Part shown: positions 63,075 through 64,000 of the stretch, in pieces
Layout of the letters: each line of letters opens with the position of its first letter
How positions within the stretch are numbered: position 1 is the stretch's first letter
Source of the DNA: Comamonadaceae bacterium
GTDB lineage: Bacteria; Pseudomonadota; Gammaproteobacteria; Burkholderiales; Burkholderiaceae_C
DNA length: 64,000 nt
Assembly: GCA_027484575.1 (NCBI GenBank)
Contig: JAIXSQ010000018.1
Location: forward strand, 98,700 to 162,699
Direction of reading: 5' to 3'
Notes under the pieces: generated by a model
The model's database searches: none
Told to the model about the DNA's origin: nothing
The model's input: only the letters and a program-made list of their open reading frames with translations
Position numbers and translations under genes: made by a program

Positions 63075-63665
63075 ATGGACACCCGCGAGGACATCGCCGC
63101 CACCGCCGCCCGGCTGGTGGTCGAGGAAGGGCTGGAGTACGGGCCCGCCAAGCGCCGGGCGGTGCGCCAGCTGGGCCTGCCGCCCCGTGCGCCCTTGCCC
63201 GACAACGACGCGGTCGAGGCGGCGGTGCGCGAGTACATCGACATCTTCTGCGCCGACACCCAGCCGCAGGAGCTGGCCGCGCTGCGCCGGCTGGCGCTGG
63301 TGTGGATGGAGCGGCTGGCCGAATTCCGGCCCCACCTGGCCGGTGCGGTGTGGCACGGCACGGCCACCCGGCTGTCCGACATCTACCTGCAGCTGTTCTG
63401 CGACGACTCCAAGTCGGCCGAGATCGCGCTGATCGACAAGGGCGTCGACTACGACGTGCGCGCCGTTCCCGGCTTCACCGGCGGCACCGTGGACGCCCTG
63501 AGCATCTCCAGCATGAGCCAGGAACTGGGCGAGGCGGTCGGCGTGCACCTGCTGGTGCACGACCACGACGACCTGCGCGGGGCCCTCAAGCCGGATGCGC
63601 AGGGACGGGTACCGCGCGGCGACCTGCAGGCCGTCCGGGCGCTGGTCGACAATCCGGCGCCATGA
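63075..63665 (+). CDS. hypothetical conserved-looking protein (196 aa)
   Basis: In-frame part of ORF 61620..63665(+). I prefer the ATG at 63075 (MDTREDIAATAARLVVEEG) because the preceding 14 nt are identical to those preceding the tldD start. An ATG at 63060 is also possible. Confidence 0.55.
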   Translation: MDTREDIAATAARLVVEEGLEYGPAKRRAVRQLGLPPRAPLPDNDAVEAAVREYIDIFCADTQPQELAALRRLALVWMERLAEFRPHLAGAVWHGTATRLSDIYLQLFCDDSKSAEIALIDKGVDYDVRAVPGFTGGTVDALSISSMSQELGEAVGVHLLVHDHDDLRGALKPDAQGRVPRGDLQAVRALVDNPAP

Positions 63666-64000
63666 ACGCGCCCCACGCCCCTGCCGCCACCTCCTCCCAC
63701 CCCGCGGCCCCGGGCCGCCGCAGGCTGCTGCTGGCCGGGGCTGGCGTGGCGGCTGCCGGCGCGGGAGCAGGCCTGGCCTGGTGGCGCCTGCAACCGGAGC
63801 CGGTGGTGGACGGGGCGGCCGAGGCCCTGTGGGGGCAGAGCTTCGACACGCCGGGCGGCGGCAGCCTGGCCGTCGCGAGCCTGCGCGGCAAGCCGCTGCT
63901 GCTCAATTTCTGGGCGACCTGGTGTCCGCCCTGCGTCGAGGAGATGCCCATGCTCGACGCCTTCCACCAGCAGCACGCCGGCCGGGGCTGGACGGTCCTG
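63662..64000 (+). CDS. TlpA/ResA-like periplasmic thiol:disulfide oxidoreductase (partial; 3' end beyond the right window edge)
   Basis: My translation from ATG 63662 (ATGA overlap with the previous stop) gives MNAPHAPAATSSHPAAPGRRRLLLAGAGVAAAGAGAG, a Tat-like signal. It continues ...KPLLLNFWATWCPPCVEEMP, which contains the thioredoxin CxxC motif. Confidence 0.8.
   Translation, partial: MNAPHAPAATSSHPAAPGRRRLLLAGAGVAAAGAGAGLAWWRLQPEPVVDGAAEALWGQSFDTPGGGSLAVASLRGKPLLLNFWATWCPPCVEEMPMLDAFHQQHAGRGWTVL

Overview
This is a very GC-rich (about 70% by eye, not computed), gene-dense chromosomal segment. Gene content and order look beta-proteobacterial and Burkholderiales-like, which is inference only: lspA-ileS-ribF, purN, rsmB, mtgA-aroE, rodA, tldD, aroG, mpl. 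I call about 65 protein-coding genes. I saw no rRNA, tRNA, CRISPR array, transposase or integrase. Many very long ORFs in the track are antisense or out-of-frame shadows typical of high-GC DNA and were ignored. The centre of the window (14458-33982, + strand) holds 26 tightly packed genes for a flagellar-type export apparatus and hook-basal body. They encode FliPQR, FlhBA, FliHIJ, FliF, rod, P and L rings, hook and hook cap, SpoA-type C-ring proteins, a sigma-28-like factor and a TPR protein. There is no flagellin, junction, cap, stator, chemotaxis or full-length FliG gene anywhere in the 64 kb, and several components are truncated or atypical. This is the best candidate for an unusual system. 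The second notable locus (44334-52754) is a LuxR-type response regulator and a hybrid histidine kinase followed by a single 2011-codon ORF. That ORF fuses a cholesterol-oxidase-like GMC flavoenzyme, an alpha/beta-hydrolase with a Cys in the nucleophile elbow, and a PhoD-like metallophosphatase. Smaller signals include a 26-codon Phe/Tyr/Trp-rich leader peptide plus intrinsic terminator upstream of the DAHP synthase gene. About ten genes have a -10-like hexamer only 6-10 nt upstream of the start codon, suggesting leaderless or near-leaderless mRNAs. There is also an orphan minus-strand terminator after roughly 270-300 nt of non-coding DNA. All calls come from reading the translations and sequence; no database search was possible.
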